Assembly: GCA_963719125.1 (NCBI GenBank) | Contig: CAVRAT010000007.1 | Location: forward strand, 63,859-127,858 | Origin: an uncultured Acidimicrobiaceae bacterium | Lineage (GTDB): Bacteria; Actinomycetota; Acidimicrobiia; Acidimicrobiales; Bog-793 | Length of the DNA: 64,000 nt | Direction of reading: 5' to 3' | In this document: piece after piece, positions 30,650 to 40,583 of the stretch | Layout: each line of letters begins with the position of its first letter | Position numbering within the stretch: position 1 is the stretch's first letter | The notes under the pieces: generated by a model | Database searches by the model: none | Seen by the model: only the letters and a program-made list of their open reading frames with translations | Told to the model about the DNA's origin: nothing | Program-made: the position numbers and the translations under genes

Positions 30650-32509
30650 GTGGCTGGTGTCTTTCGCGGGCGTAAATGCTCGCGATCCGGTCGCAGCTGA
30701 GAGAGAATTACACATAGGTAATTCTCTACCGGGAGCGATCGATGACCCTGGGCGTGGCTGATAGGCAAGCCAACCTGTTCGACGACGTAGAGCAGTTCTG
30801 CGACAAGGTGCTCGACGAGTCATCGATCTACGCGTTCATGCACCGGGAGCGTGATCGCCTGTTCCCCGACGAGGAGTTCTCCGACCTGTTCGACAACCAG
30901 GGCCGGCGCTCGGTACCTCCGTCGGTGGTGGCGACGGTCATGGTGCTCCAGCGCCTCGAAGGACTCTCAGACCGCGAGGCCGTCGATCGCTACTGCTTCG
31001 ACAACCGCTGGCGCTATGCAGCAGGCGTCGGTGGCTACGACACCGGTGGCTGGACGAGCTTTTCCCACACCGTGCTCGTCGACATGCGCGAACGCCTGCG
31101 ACGATCCGAGCGCCCCGATCGCATCTTTGACGCGGCACTCTATGCGGCCAAAGCTGCGGGGCTCGTCGGCAACCGCCGGGCGCTCGACTCGACGCCGCTT
31201 TATGACGCCGTGGCGACGATGGACACCGTCACTCTTATCCGCTCTGGCATCCGGGCCCTCTTGAAGCTCGCCAGCCGCAAGCTGCGGGCCGAGCTCGGGG
31301 CGTTGCTCACGAGCGGCGACGACTACGCGAGCTCCTCCAAGCCGCAGATCGACTGGGAAGATGCCGAAGCTCGCGAAGCGCTCATCGACAGCCGCGCCAA
31401 GGACGCCTACGCATGCCTCGGCCTTCTCAATGGTCAAAAGCTCGACCCTGTCGTCACCGAAGCCGCCAAGCTGCTCGCCACGGTGACCGGCCAGGACCTC
31501 GTAGAAGGAGACGACGGCGTCTTTCGCGTCGCCCGCAAAGTCGCCAAAGACCGGGTGATCTCGACGGTCGACCCCGAGGCCCGCCACGGGCACAAGACCA
31601 AGACCAGAAGCTTCGACGGCTACAAGGGACATGTGGCTGTCGACCCCGACTCCGAGATCATCACCGCCACGGTCGTGACGCCGGGCAACGCCGGGGACAC
31701 GAGTGTCGCAGAGGACCTCATCTCCGAGCTTCTCGTCGGTGATGACACCGGCCATGACGACCTCGACGAGCACGCGGCCACGGCCGATGTCGACGAGAAC
31801 GACGAAGATGTCACCACTGTCTACGGCGACAACGCCTATGGAACCGGGGCATTCCAGGAACGTCTCGACGGCGCTGGCATCGACTCGCGCTGTAAGACTC
31901 AGCAACCCACCGCACCCGGCGGGCTGTTCACCAAGGACTGCTTCGTCATCGACCTCCACGAAAGCGCCGTCACCTGCCCGGCCGGTGTGACCGTCGAGAT
32001 CCGCCGCCATGGCATGGCCTACTTCGGTGACGCCTGTACCAACTGCCCACTGCGGACCAAGTGCACCACCGCTTCAGGCGGGCGCACCGTCGGGATCAGC
32101 CCCTACGAAGAAGCTCTCGCCCGCGCCCGCAAGCACCAGGCCGAACAAGCCTGGCGCGACGACTATCGCGCCACCCGTCCCAAGGTCGAACGCAAGCTCG
32201 CTCATCTCGTCTACCGCAAGCACGGAGGAAGGCGCGCCCGCATGCGCGGCACCGCCAAGGTCGACGCCGACTTCCGGCTACTGGCCAGTGCCGGGAACCT
32301 CGCTCGCCTCGCGCGCCTTGGACTCGGATGGACCGCTGCCGGGTGGGCGATCGAGTGAGTCGGCCGTCCAGCGCGAGCAAACACCAACGGCTGCCCAACC
32401 CCATGTGGCTTCTGGGCTCGCCTCGCACGGGCCACCCGCGGGTATCCGGCATACGGGCCGCGATGACAGCCACACCATCAACAACAATCCCTCAATTCAC
32501 ACCAGCCTC
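30650..32509 (+). mobile_element. IS1182-family insertion sequence (copy 2, different lineage)
   Basis: Ends GTGGCTGGTGT / ACACCAGCCTC, flanked by CTAG at 30646-49 and 32510-13. Confidence 0.9.
30742..32358 (+). CDS. IS1182-family transposase
   Basis: GRRSVPP, EGLSDREA, LDSTPLYDAVATMDTVT, DRVISTVDPEARHGHK, YGDNAYG, CPAG...CTNCPLRTKCT, RPKVERK. Confidence 0.93.
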   Translation: MTLGVADRQANLFDDVEQFCDKVLDESSIYAFMHRERDRLFPDEEFSDLFDNQGRRSVPPSVVATVMVLQRLEGLSDREAVDRYCFDNRWRYAAGVGGYDTGGWTSFSHTVLVDMRERLRRSERPDRIFDAALYAAKAAGLVGNRRALDSTPLYDAVATMDTVTLIRSGIRALLKLASRKLRAELGALLTSGDDYASSSKPQIDWEDAEAREALIDSRAKDAYACLGLLNGQKLDPVVTEAAKLLATVTGQDLVEGDDGVFRVARKVAKDRVISTVDPEARHGHKTKTRSFDGYKGHVAVDPDSEIITATVVTPGNAGDTSVAEDLISELLVGDDTGHDDLDEHAATADVDENDEDVTTVYGDNAYGTGAFQERLDGAGIDSRCKTQQPTAPGGLFTKDCFVIDLHESAVTCPAGVTVEIRRHGMAYFGDACTNCPLRTKCTTASGGRTVGISPYEEALARARKHQAEQAWRDDYRATRPKVERKLAHLVYRKHGGRRARMRGTAKVDADFRLLASAGNLARLARLGLGWTAAGWAIE

Positions 32510-32513
32510 CTAG

Positions 32514-32583
32514 ACACGCAGTAATACTCATGGTTCCCTATTTGAGCGACGCGCTATGTGCAAACCGGCGGAGGGCACAACGA
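32514..32583 (+). repeat. Right part of 107-bp repeat copy A
   Basis: Matches 36060-36129. Confidence 0.9.
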
Positions 32584-32772
32584 TGCCGAGTCGGGCGCGG
32601 CGACCTGGGGCCCGAGGCCAGTGCGGAGCCGTCATTCTGTGTTGCCGTCGGCCTGGGAGGGCTGCCGGTGAGCGGGTGAAACGGATCGGTCTGGGCGCCG
32701 CCCTGCCACGCAATACCGACAGCGAGTTCAGGAGTCTCTCATCAGCCGCGTGCGCTGGAGCCGGTCCGTTGG

Positions 32773-34047
32773 GTGGAGACTTGGAGGGTGCGTCGAAGTC
32801 TGAGCCGAGACACACGCCTACTTGTTGCGGGACAGGCTGTGCGCGGTCTTGGTTACGGCTTCACCGCGGTGGTGCTGGGGTCCTTACTGGCGGCCAAAGG
32901 AGTCAGCCCGGTGCGGGCTGGTGTGCTGCTGGCAACGCTGATCGGGGGAAGCGCTCTCAGTTCACTGGCGGTCGGGGCATACGGTGACCGATTTGGCCGA
33001 CGGCGCTCCTACGGATTGTTCTTCGTTGGCGTGGGACTGGCAGGTGCGATCGTGGCGACGAACCCTCCGATGTGGCTGTTGTTCGTCGTGGCGGTGACCG
33101 GAACCCTGTCCACCGATGTGGTGGACAACGGGGCGGCGACGACATTGGAACAGGTCATGCTCGCGACCGAAGACGCTGGAACGGGCCGCGTGTACGGGTG
33201 GTACAACGCGGCAGGTGCGGCCTTCGGGGCCTTGGGGGCTCTGGGTGCTGCGCTGGTCGGAATGACCCGAGCAAGTGCTGGCGTGCACGCGTGGCTGTTC
33301 GCGGCGTTGGTACCAGTCGGGTTGGCGGGAGCAATGTGCGCGTTCGGACTCTCGGCGGCGGTCGAGGCTTCGGGTCAAGGATCGACCACTAACGCGGGCA
33401 CGCGGCGCGAGCGGACAAGGCTCGGACCATCACGCCGGGTGGTGCGTCGGCTGGCGGCACTGTTCTCGGTGGATGCGGCGGGCGGCGGCCTTGTGACAAC
33501 GGGGTTCTTGTCTTACTACCTGGCCGAGCGCTACGGGGCGTCCTTGGCCACCCTGGGGTGGTTGTTCTTCGCCGTCTCGGCCATGCAGGCGATGTCGGTG
33601 CTAGTCGCGCCGTTGATCGCCCGCAGGATCGGGCTGGTGCCAACCATGGTAGGTACCCACCTACCGAGCAACGTGTTGTTGGCGTCGATGGCGTTCGCAC
33701 CCACATTCCCGGTGGCGGTCGTCTTGTTGCTGGCCCGCACGACGTTGTCGCAGATGGACGTGCCTACCCGCCAAGCCTTGGTCATGACGGTGACCACACC
33801 CCCCGAGCGCACGGCAGCGGCGGCGACAACGAACGCCGCCCGCTACTCGGTCCGCCCATTTGCGCCGCTGCTGGGCGGTATCTTGCAGCAGGTCAGCCTG
33901 GGAACGCCGCTGCTTGTCGCGGGGGTGGTCAAGGGCGGCTATGACCTGGCGCTGTGGCGATGGGCGCGTCATCTGCCGATGATGGGAGCGGATGGCTCGA
34001 CGAGCACGTCCCGCTCCGCAGAACTAGACGAAGGGGAGCAGCTATGA
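32773..34047 (+). CDS. MFS transporter (type often paired with chromate-resistance genes)
   Basis: DRFGRRR motif; THLPSNVLL...LSQMDVPTRQ; about 12 TM segments; stop overlaps the next start (ATGA). Confidence 0.9.
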   Translation: METWRVRRSLSRDTRLLVAGQAVRGLGYGFTAVVLGSLLAAKGVSPVRAGVLLATLIGGSALSSLAVGAYGDRFGRRRSYGLFFVGVGLAGAIVATNPPMWLLFVVAVTGTLSTDVVDNGAATTLEQVMLATEDAGTGRVYGWYNAAGAAFGALGALGAALVGMTRASAGVHAWLFAALVPVGLAGAMCAFGLSAAVEASGQGSTTNAGTRRERTRLGPSRRVVRRLAALFSVDAAGGGLVTTGFLSYYLAERYGASLATLGWLFFAVSAMQAMSVLVAPLIARRIGLVPTMVGTHLPSNVLLASMAFAPTFPVAVVLLLARTTLSQMDVPTRQALVMTVTTPPERTAAAATTNAARYSVRPFAPLLGGILQQVSLGTPLLVAGVVKGGYDLALWRWARHLPMMGADGSTSTSRSAELDEGEQL

Positions 34048-34502
34048 AATGGATCACCCGAGAGCGGCCTAAGACCGACCGGATCGCCTGCCCGTGGCTC
34101 ATCCGCCGGTTCATCGACCCCGAGGCTGAGTTCATCTACGTTCCGAAGGAGCAGGTGCTTGCCGTGGCGGAACGGACCGGTGGGCACTCGTTTGACGCAC
34201 CTGGCGCCGAATACACCCACACGAAGGCGAGTGATGGTGGCGAGCGATGCACCTTCGAGACCCTAATCGAGGCATATGGTCTCGGAAGAAACCCAGCCCT
34301 GGCGCGTCTGGCGAAGATTGTCCACGCGGCTGATGTCAGCACCGACGTGGACACCGACCCTGCTGGGCGGGGCCTACTGGCCATCGGCGTTGGCGGCTTG
34401 GATGTTGAAGCCGATGATCATCGTCTCTTGGATAGGGCAACCTTCGTCTACGACGCGCTGTACGCATGGTGTGAGCGGGAGACTCAAGAACCACCGCAGT
34501 GA
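34044..34502 (+). CDS. Chromate resistance protein, ChrB C-terminal domain (ChrF-like)
   Basis: MKWITRERPKTDRIACPWLIRRFIDPEAEF, CTFE, IVHAAD, YDALYAW. Confidence 0.92.
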   Translation: MKWITRERPKTDRIACPWLIRRFIDPEAEFIYVPKEQVLAVAERTGGHSFDAPGAEYTHTKASDGGERCTFETLIEAYGLGRNPALARLAKIVHAADVSTDVDTDPAGRGLLAIGVGGLDVEADDHRLLDRATFVYDALYAWCERETQEPPQ

Positions 34503-34567
34503 GCCGCTATCACGAGACAGAACGCCCGCACATGCAGAATGTCCGCTTATGGCCTCGGAGGTGGCGG

Positions 34568-35812
34568 GTGGAGCCACGAGACCCCGAAGAGACGGGGAGC
34601 GCTGAGAACCCGTTAGCCGTCGTCGAAGTCCTGCGGGCGCGGCGACCCCTTGTCGCAACCGGCGCGCTGGCAGTTCTCGGGGGCTCGGCGTTCTGTTTCG
34701 TCACGGGGGAGACCCTGCCCGTGGGGTTGCTACCGATCATCTCCTCCAGCCTGCACACGTCGCTCTCAGCTACTGGCTTGTTGGTGACCGTCTATGCCCT
34801 GGTAGTGGTGGTGGTCTCGGCGCCTCTCACACACCTGACCCGCCACGTCCCTCGCCGCTACTTGTTGTCGGGCCTCTTGGGCGTCTTTGGGGTCGCCACC
34901 CTGGGCGCGGCAGCCGCGCCTGGCTACTGGTGGCTGATGGTCACACGCGTGGTGACCGCCCTCTCCCAGGCGGTGTTCTGGTCGATCGCGCCCGTAACAG
35001 CAGCGGGGCTCTTCCCACCGGAGAAGCGGGGACGGGCTATCGCAGGGGTGCTCGCCGGCGGGCCGCTTGCCATTCTCATCGGGGTGCCCGCCGGCACCTG
35101 GATAGGCCAGCAAGCCGGCTGGCGCGTGCCTTTCGTAGTCCTCTCCGGCCTTGGCTTGGCGGGCGTCGCCGCGGTGGCTCTACTCGTTCCCACCACGAAG
35201 CCGAGCGAGAGCCACGCTGCCGCGGGCACCGCTCCCAACGCCCGGCGCTACTGGATGCTCGTGGCCACAACGGTCCTGGCCGCCACTGGGACCTTCACCG
35301 CCTACACCTACGTCAGCGCCTTCCTCACCAAGGTGAGCGGGCTCCCTGCGAGCGATGTCCCGGCGGTGCTGTTGCTGGGCGGGCTCGGCTCCTTGCTCGG
35401 AGTAGCTTGCACCGCACTGCTCTTGAGCCGCCGGCCGCGGGCGGCAGCGGTTGGCCCGGTCGGCCTCTTGGTCGTCTCGCTGCTCGGGTTGTACTTCTTT
35501 GGGACCACAGGCGCTGCGGCGGCCGGCCTGCAGGCGCTCGAGAGCTTTGGCGTGGCCAGCATCGCAATATCTATGCAGACACGCGTCCTCGTGGTGGCGC
35601 CCCACAGCACCGACATCGCTACGGCTTGGTTCTCGGCTTCGTACAACGCCGGCATCGCCACCGGGCCGGTTATCGGTGGGCTCGTGCTATCTGGCCTCGG
35701 GTTGCGTAGCACGCCCCTAGTCGGCGGGTTGCTTGCGGTCCTGGCCCTGGCGGTGGTCCTCAGCGAACCCCTCGCTGGCAGGGGTGCACTTGAGGGTGGC
35801 AGAACGACCTGA
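34568..35812 (+). CDS. MFS efflux transporter (DHA1/AraJ-SotB-like)
   Basis: GETLPVGLLP, GLLVTVYA, ALSQAVFWS, GVPAGTWIGQ..GWR. GGAGG RBS before GTG 34568; alternative start 34499. Confidence 0.9.
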   Translation: MEPRDPEETGSAENPLAVVEVLRARRPLVATGALAVLGGSAFCFVTGETLPVGLLPIISSSLHTSLSATGLLVTVYALVVVVVSAPLTHLTRHVPRRYLLSGLLGVFGVATLGAAAAPGYWWLMVTRVVTALSQAVFWSIAPVTAAGLFPPEKRGRAIAGVLAGGPLAILIGVPAGTWIGQQAGWRVPFVVLSGLGLAGVAAVALLVPTTKPSESHAAAGTAPNARRYWMLVATTVLAATGTFTAYTYVSAFLTKVSGLPASDVPAVLLLGGLGSLLGVACTALLLSRRPRAAAVGPVGLLVVSLLGLYFFGTTGAAAAGLQALESFGVASIAISMQTRVLVVAPHSTDIATAWFSASYNAGIATGPVIGGLVLSGLGLRSTPLVGGLLAVLALAVVLSEPLAGRGALEGGRTT

Positions 35813-36022
35813 TCTGGAGCTGCTCGGCCTCGACCACCTCAACGCGTCTGACGATACCGATCGACTGATACGGGCGCTGCGGGTTGCCCATCAGTTCCAC
35901 CGCTCGTGCGTTCCGTAGTGTTCAACGAAGTGGCTGACTCTCCCGCGACCTACTGCCGAGTCGATAGCACCTCTCAGCCCAACTGCTCAGGTGCCCGCCC
36001 TCAGGTCCCATTACTGCACAGT

Positions 36023-36200
36023 CGCGTTGGCGAGGTCCCTTGTGCCGCGCCTGCCCTAGACACGCAGCAGTATCCACGGTTCCCTATTTGAACGACGCGC
36101 TATGTGCAAACCGGCGGAGCGCATAACGAATATTTGCGCGCGCTTTCAGCGCCCGACTGCACGACTGACCGACGTTCTGTTCTCGCGATCCGACCCCATT
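36023..36200 (+). repeat. Repeat copy B (left 107 bp shared with A; right ~70 bp shared with 38903-38970)
   Basis: Manual alignments. Contains a single uninterrupted CTAG and CTATGTGC-N10-AGCGCATAA-CGAATA-TTTGCGC. Confidence 0.85.
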
Positions 36201-36229
36201 CATGCGCAAGGTGCGTGTTTGGCAGCATT

Positions 36230-37279
36230 TCAGGCCGCGCGGCGGCGGACCAGCCAGACGGTTGCAGCAATGAGAAGCAGGGAGAGTGCAAGCAGCCAGC
36301 CACCTTCGATGAACTGGAACGGCCAGAAGCGGCTGCCCGGCTGGTAGCTCGTCCAGTTTTTGTAGCCGTGCTGAGCGAGAAACCCGACCGGGTCGAGGAA
36401 CGTCTGGAAGCTGTTTGGCCCAATCTTGATTGCCTTGGGATGGTACTGGTGCAGGACCTGGCTGATCGTGGACTGGCTGACCGGTTTCCCGCTCTTCCCG
36501 GTGTACCACTGGCTCAACACCCACGCGGAACCAGGCAGGTTTTTGGGGTTGCTGGTCACCAGCGGGGCCAGGTAGTGCTCGCGCAGGTACACCGAGGCGG
36601 TGAGGGCGAGCCCGGCGTAGACGGCCAGCGCAGCGGCCAGCGCGGGGACGACCCGGCGGATGAGCACACCGACCAGGGCGCCGATCGCGAAGGCGGCCAG
36701 CGTCCAGGCGGCAAACGCGACTCCACGCAGGTCGAACACCGTGGGAGCGAACGAGGTCTGCTGACCCTCGGCGAGGAAGGGGCCAAAGTACCAGGAGAAA
36801 AGTACGCTGAACGCCCCAGCCGCGGCGGCTACCGCAACAGCGAGCGGGACGAGCTTGGCGGCCGCCCAGCGCCAGCGGCCGAAGCCCTGGCTCCAGGCGT
36901 AGCGGAAGGTGCCGGTCTCGAACTCTCGCGCCAGCACCGGCGCCCCGGCGAAGACCCCGATCAGCGCGGGCACCGCCTGCAGCAGCGCCGCGGTGGCCTC
37001 CGCCCGCGTCCAGTAGGTGCTCGTGAAGTCGCCGATCGCATTCCCACAGGCAATTGAGCTTGCCGGGCGGCAGACGGTCACGGCTGCGTAGGCGTGGTGG
37101 ATCTGTTGGCCCGTGATCAGCAAGTACACCGCCAGCGCGCCGAGCAGCACGACCACACCGGCCAGCGCGACCCGGTGCTGACGCCAGGTGACCCAGGCCA
37201 TCCGCCGCCACGGCAGTGGCCGCAAGCTTGCGTCCTCCTCCGGACGGGCGGGCACGGTCAGCGTGGTCAACGCGGTCAT
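36230..37279 (-). CDS. ABC transporter permease subunit
   Basis: WVTWRQHR, GVFAGAPVLAREFETGTFR..WSQG, YQPGSRFWPFQFIE. Confidence 0.9.
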   Translation of the reverse strand: MTALTTLTVPARPEEDASLRPLPWRRMAWVTWRQHRVALAGVVVLLGALAVYLLITGQQIHHAYAAVTVCRPASSIACGNAIGDFTSTYWTRAEATAALLQAVPALIGVFAGAPVLAREFETGTFRYAWSQGFGRWRWAAAKLVPLAVAVAAAAGAFSVLFSWYFGPFLAEGQQTSFAPTVFDLRGVAFAAWTLAAFAIGALVGVLIRRVVPALAAALAVYAGLALTASVYLREHYLAPLVTSNPKNLPGSAWVLSQWYTGKSGKPVSQSTISQVLHQYHPKAIKIGPNSFQTFLDPVGFLAQHGYKNWTSYQPGSRFWPFQFIEGGWLLALSLLLIAATVWLVRRRAA

Positions 37280-38193
37280 TTCGTCACCTCCGACGGTTCA
37301 GCGTCCCGGCCGCGGGTTGGGCCGGGCAGTGCCGCGGCGCTGGGCTCGCGCAAGTAGGCCAGGGCCAGCTCTTCGAGCGTGAGCGAGTGCGCCTCCCATC
37401 CCGATGGCACCGGATCGGAGGTGCCGTCGAAGCGCACGAGCAGATGCGCCTGCGAAGCGGCACGGCTCGCGTGCACGACGTTCCACTGCTGCGCACACCA
37501 TTCGGACTCTGAAGCTGGGCCGGTAAGCACGCGGTGGCGCGCGAGGAGATCGTCGACCTCGCCCACCACCTGGATGCTGCCGCGCGAGACGAGTACGAGA
37601 TAGTCGGCAACTCGCTCGAGCTCGGCGAGGACGTGTGACGACAGCACGACCGAGACACCGTCGTCCGCGACCGCCATCATCACCGTCGCCATGAAGTCGT
37701 GCCGGGCAATCGGATCAAGCATTGCCATCGGCTCGTCGAGCACGAGGAGCTGCGGCCGGCGCGCCAGCGCGAGGGTCAACGCGAGCTGGGCCTGCTGGCC
37801 GCCTGACATCTTCCCCGCCTTCTGTTGCAAGGCGATGCCGAGCTCGCCGAGGCGATGCTCCGCGTATCCCTGGTCGAAGCGGCGGTTGAGGTTACGGGTC
37901 AGGTGGAGCAGGTCGGCAGCCGAGAGGTTCTTGTACAGCGGCGTGTCCTGAGCCACGAACGCGATTCCGTCGAGCGCGGGCAGAGAACCGGCGCGGCGCC
38001 CGCCGAGCACTGTTAGCTCACCGGTCGTCGGTGTGGCAAGCCCAACGGCGAGGTTCAGCAAGGTCGTCTTCCCGGCGCCGTTCGGACCGACGAGCGCGAC
38101 CACGTGCCCGTCGGGGATCGCCAACGTGCAGTCGTGCAGCGCTTTCGTCGAGCCGTAGGACTTTCCGAGGGCGCGGGTCTCGATGACGTTCAT
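37276..38193 (-). CDS. ABC transporter ATP-binding protein
   Basis: GPNGAGKTT, MSGGQ, LVLDEP, SSH. Confidence 0.96.
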   Translation of the reverse strand: MNVIETRALGKSYGSTKALHDCTLAIPDGHVVALVGPNGAGKTTLLNLAVGLATPTTGELTVLGGRRAGSLPALDGIAFVAQDTPLYKNLSAADLLHLTRNLNRRFDQGYAEHRLGELGIALQQKAGKMSGGQQAQLALTLALARRPQLLVLDEPMAMLDPIARHDFMATVMMAVADDGVSVVLSSHVLAELERVADYLVLVSRGSIQVVGEVDDLLARHRVLTGPASESEWCAQQWNVVHASRAASQAHLLVRFDGTSDPVPSGWEAHSLTLEELALAYLREPSAAALPGPTRGRDAEPSEVTK

Positions 38194-38681
38194 GCCACCC
38201 CCTCTTCCTCGTGTTGCGCCGCGCCGCGCCGGTCGGCAGTGCCCCCGCGACGCTCACGAAAATCCCGCAGCACGTTCGCGACGAGCGCCGCGATCCCGTC
38301 CTCGTCGAGCCCTGCCGCGTCGGCGGCCGCCACCCAGGAGACGAGGGAGCGGCGGAGCTCGGTGAGCTCGGGCAGCGCCACCTGGCCGAGCGTCGCCACG
38401 ATGAACGTGCCCTGGCCCGGTCGCCCGACCGCGAGGCCCTTCGTCTCCAGCTCCCGGTAGGCCTTCAGCACCGTGTTCGGGTTGATCGCCAGCTCCGCGA
38501 CCACGTCTCGGACCTTCGGGAGCTGATCGCCGGGCGCGAGGTAGTCGAGGCGGAGCGCGTGCTCGACCTGATGGACGAGCTGCAAGTAGGTCGGCACGCC
38601 CGAAGCGAGATCGAGGCGGAACTCGATCGGCGAGGCTCGCCGGGGAGCCACCACCTCGCTGTCGTCTTTATCTACTGTCAT
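38190..38681 (-). CDS. GntR family regulator (YtrA type)
   Basis: PTYLQL, PGDQLP.VR, INPNTVLKAYRELE, GQGTF. Confidence 0.93.
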   Translation of the reverse strand: MTVDKDDSEVVAPRRASPIEFRLDLASGVPTYLQLVHQVEHALRLDYLAPGDQLPKVRDVVAELAINPNTVLKAYRELETKGLAVGRPGQGTFIVATLGQVALPELTELRRSLVSWVAAADAAGLDEDGIAALVANVLRDFRERRGGTADRRGAAQHEEEGVA

Positions 38682-38807
38682 GCGACAATACTGCAACGGC
38701 ACGAGTTGCCGTCAACCGCGTCTCGGCGATCGGGATGCGACTAGCCGTGCTCGCGTCGCTCCACCATCCCAAGGCCGTGGGTTCGCGCTGCGTCGAGCTT
38801 GGTCGCG

Positions 38808-38970
38808 CGCCGATCGAATCATCTGTGCGCCGCGCGAGGCGCGTCCTAAGTCACGTCGCGGGCACGTATCGAGGCGGTTCTCGAGCCCCAGAGCGTGAGC
38901 GCCGAATATTTCCGCCCGCTCTCGACGCCCGGAGTGCGACCTGATCGGCGTCCTGTCGCGACGCGACCCG
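38808..38970 (+). repeat. Repeat copy C (left 65 bp shared with D; right part shared with B)
   Basis: 38808-38872 vs 39829-39893: 54/65 identical. 38903-38970 vs 36127-36197: roughly 70-75% with small gaps. Confidence 0.8.
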
Positions 38971-39190
38971 CCCAATGGTGCAGGCTGTGAGCGTCCTTTC
39001 TCTCGAGCCGGGAGGCGGACCGCTTCCGGCGTGCCTAATAGGTGTCTAAATCGAGTCTGTGCCTGCTCAACAGACCAGACAGATCACAGCCGGTAGCGCG
39101 TTTCTGAGACTCGCTCGACGCTATCCACCGCGCCGAAAGACGATCCTCCTAGGCTCGGCGAGCCGACCAGACCGCCCGCTGAGGAACCGG

Positions 39191-39733
39191 ATGAACGAAA
39201 AGCAGTTGATCAAAACAAGATCGCAGGAGTTCCGCGATTTCTTCGATCGGGTCAAGATTGCCACCCGGCTGTCGTCCAGGCTCAGCGAATACTGCTTGGA
39301 CGACCAGGATGCGATTCGAGAAGCCTTCGAGGAGCTGATCGGCAAGCCGGTTGGCGACTCGTTCAACCTCATCCCACCCTTCTACGCGGATTACGGGCTG
39401 AACATCACAGTCGGTCGGGCCGTCTTCATCGGTTACGAGTGCGCGTTTACGGGCCACGCGGCCATCGACATCGCCGACCAGGTGATGATCGCCCACAAGG
39501 TCAACCTGGTCACAGCGGGTCATCCTGTCGAACCGGCCAAACGACGCGAGTACATCACCGCGGAACCGATCACGATCGATACGAATGTGTGGATCGGAGC
39601 TGCGGCAACCGTCTTGCCCGGCGTGCACATCGGCGCAGACGCCGTCGTCGCGGCTGGTGCCGTGGTGACACACGACGTCCCTCCGGCAACGCTCGTCGCT
39701 GGTGTGCCTGCGAAGGTCATCAGGAACCTATAG
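39191..39733 (+). CDS. Sugar O-acetyltransferase (hexapeptide repeat, Maa/LacA-like)
   Basis: PPFYADYGLNI, VWIGAAATVLPGVHIG, VVAAGAVVTHDVP...VAGVPAKVI. Confidence 0.92.
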   Translation: MNEKQLIKTRSQEFRDFFDRVKIATRLSSRLSEYCLDDQDAIREAFEELIGKPVGDSFNLIPPFYADYGLNITVGRAVFIGYECAFTGHAAIDIADQVMIAHKVNLVTAGHPVEPAKRREYITAEPITIDTNVWIGAAATVLPGVHIGADAVVAAGAVVTHDVPPATLVAGVPAKVIRNL

Positions 39734-39828
39734 CGCGGGGCGGCGCTACCGAGCCTCTTCCCTACGTTTTAGCCCTCCCTGCCGAAGAGCCTCGAGCTTG
39801 CGAGCCGCGCCGCGGCCGACCTCCGGGC

Positions 39829-39893
39829 CGCCGATCGAATCATCTGTACGCCGCGCAACGTGCGTTTACAGTCACGTCGAGGGCGCGTAACGA
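39829..39893 (+). repeat. Repeat copy D
   Basis: 83% identical to C-left; ends GGGCGCGTAA-CGA. Confidence 0.85.
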
Positions 39894-40190
39894 CGGCTAC
39901 GCCTGCTGCCTTGAAGGCCGCTCAGGCGACATTAATTTAGTGAACTCTCGTGTTACCGACTTCCCTACTGCCGCACCGGGTGGCCCCATGTCGGCCCCCC
40001 AGGGGGTCCAACCGTCGAAGGCGAGATCGCTGACCCGGGCGCGGTCGCGCTTGCGCTGAGTCTGGCCGTTCTGTGCGTTCCAGGACCGGCGTGAGGAGAT
40101 GCCAGGGTGTGGTGGAAGTGGAAGTGCCCCAGTAGGCTGCCTACCGGGCCAAGCAGAACAAGGTTCCAGTGACTCTTTCTGGGGGGTGTG

Positions 40191-40583
40191 ATGGCCGAGT
40201 TTCCCGCGCTTACTCATGTTGCCGTGACGGTCACCGATCTTGGTCGGAGCCGACGCTGGTATCAGCGATTGTTCGGCATGGATCCGGTGCTCGACGAGGA
40301 CACCGGCCCATTCCACCACGTCGTGTGGCTACTCGGCGGCACGCTGTTCGGCATTCACCAACATGCCCGCCCGTCGAGTGCAGAGTCCTCCGATGAGTTG
40401 CGGCCAGGGCTTGACCACGTCGCGTTCGGTTGCGCGAATCGGGCCGAACTGGTGCAGTGGGAAACACAGCTGAACTCACTTGGCATCGCGCACGGCGGTG
40501 TCGTCGACGCGCCCTATGGTTCGGGCTTGTCGTTCAGGGACCCAGACAACATCGCCTTGGAGTTCTTCGCACCACCCGGATAG
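40191..40583 (+). CDS. VOC/glyoxalase family protein
   Basis: HVAVTVTDL.RS..WY, GLDHVAF, FRDPDNIALEF. Confidence 0.93.
   Translation: MAEFPALTHVAVTVTDLGRSRRWYQRLFGMDPVLDEDTGPFHHVVWLLGGTLFGIHQHARPSSAESSDELRPGLDHVAFGCANRAELVQWETQLNSLGIAHGGVVDAPYGSGLSFRDPDNIALEFFAPPG

Noticed and set aside
36116-36143. Chromosomal dif site
   Set aside because: Only the XerC-like arm matches; the XerD arm (TTATGT..A.T) is absent.
35977-36180. Integron attC sites (GCCCAAC...GTTGGCG; GCATAAC...GTT)
   Set aside because: Core-like heptamers exist, but the intervening DNA does not form the long imperfect hairpin, flanking genes are in mixed orientation, and no intI is present.
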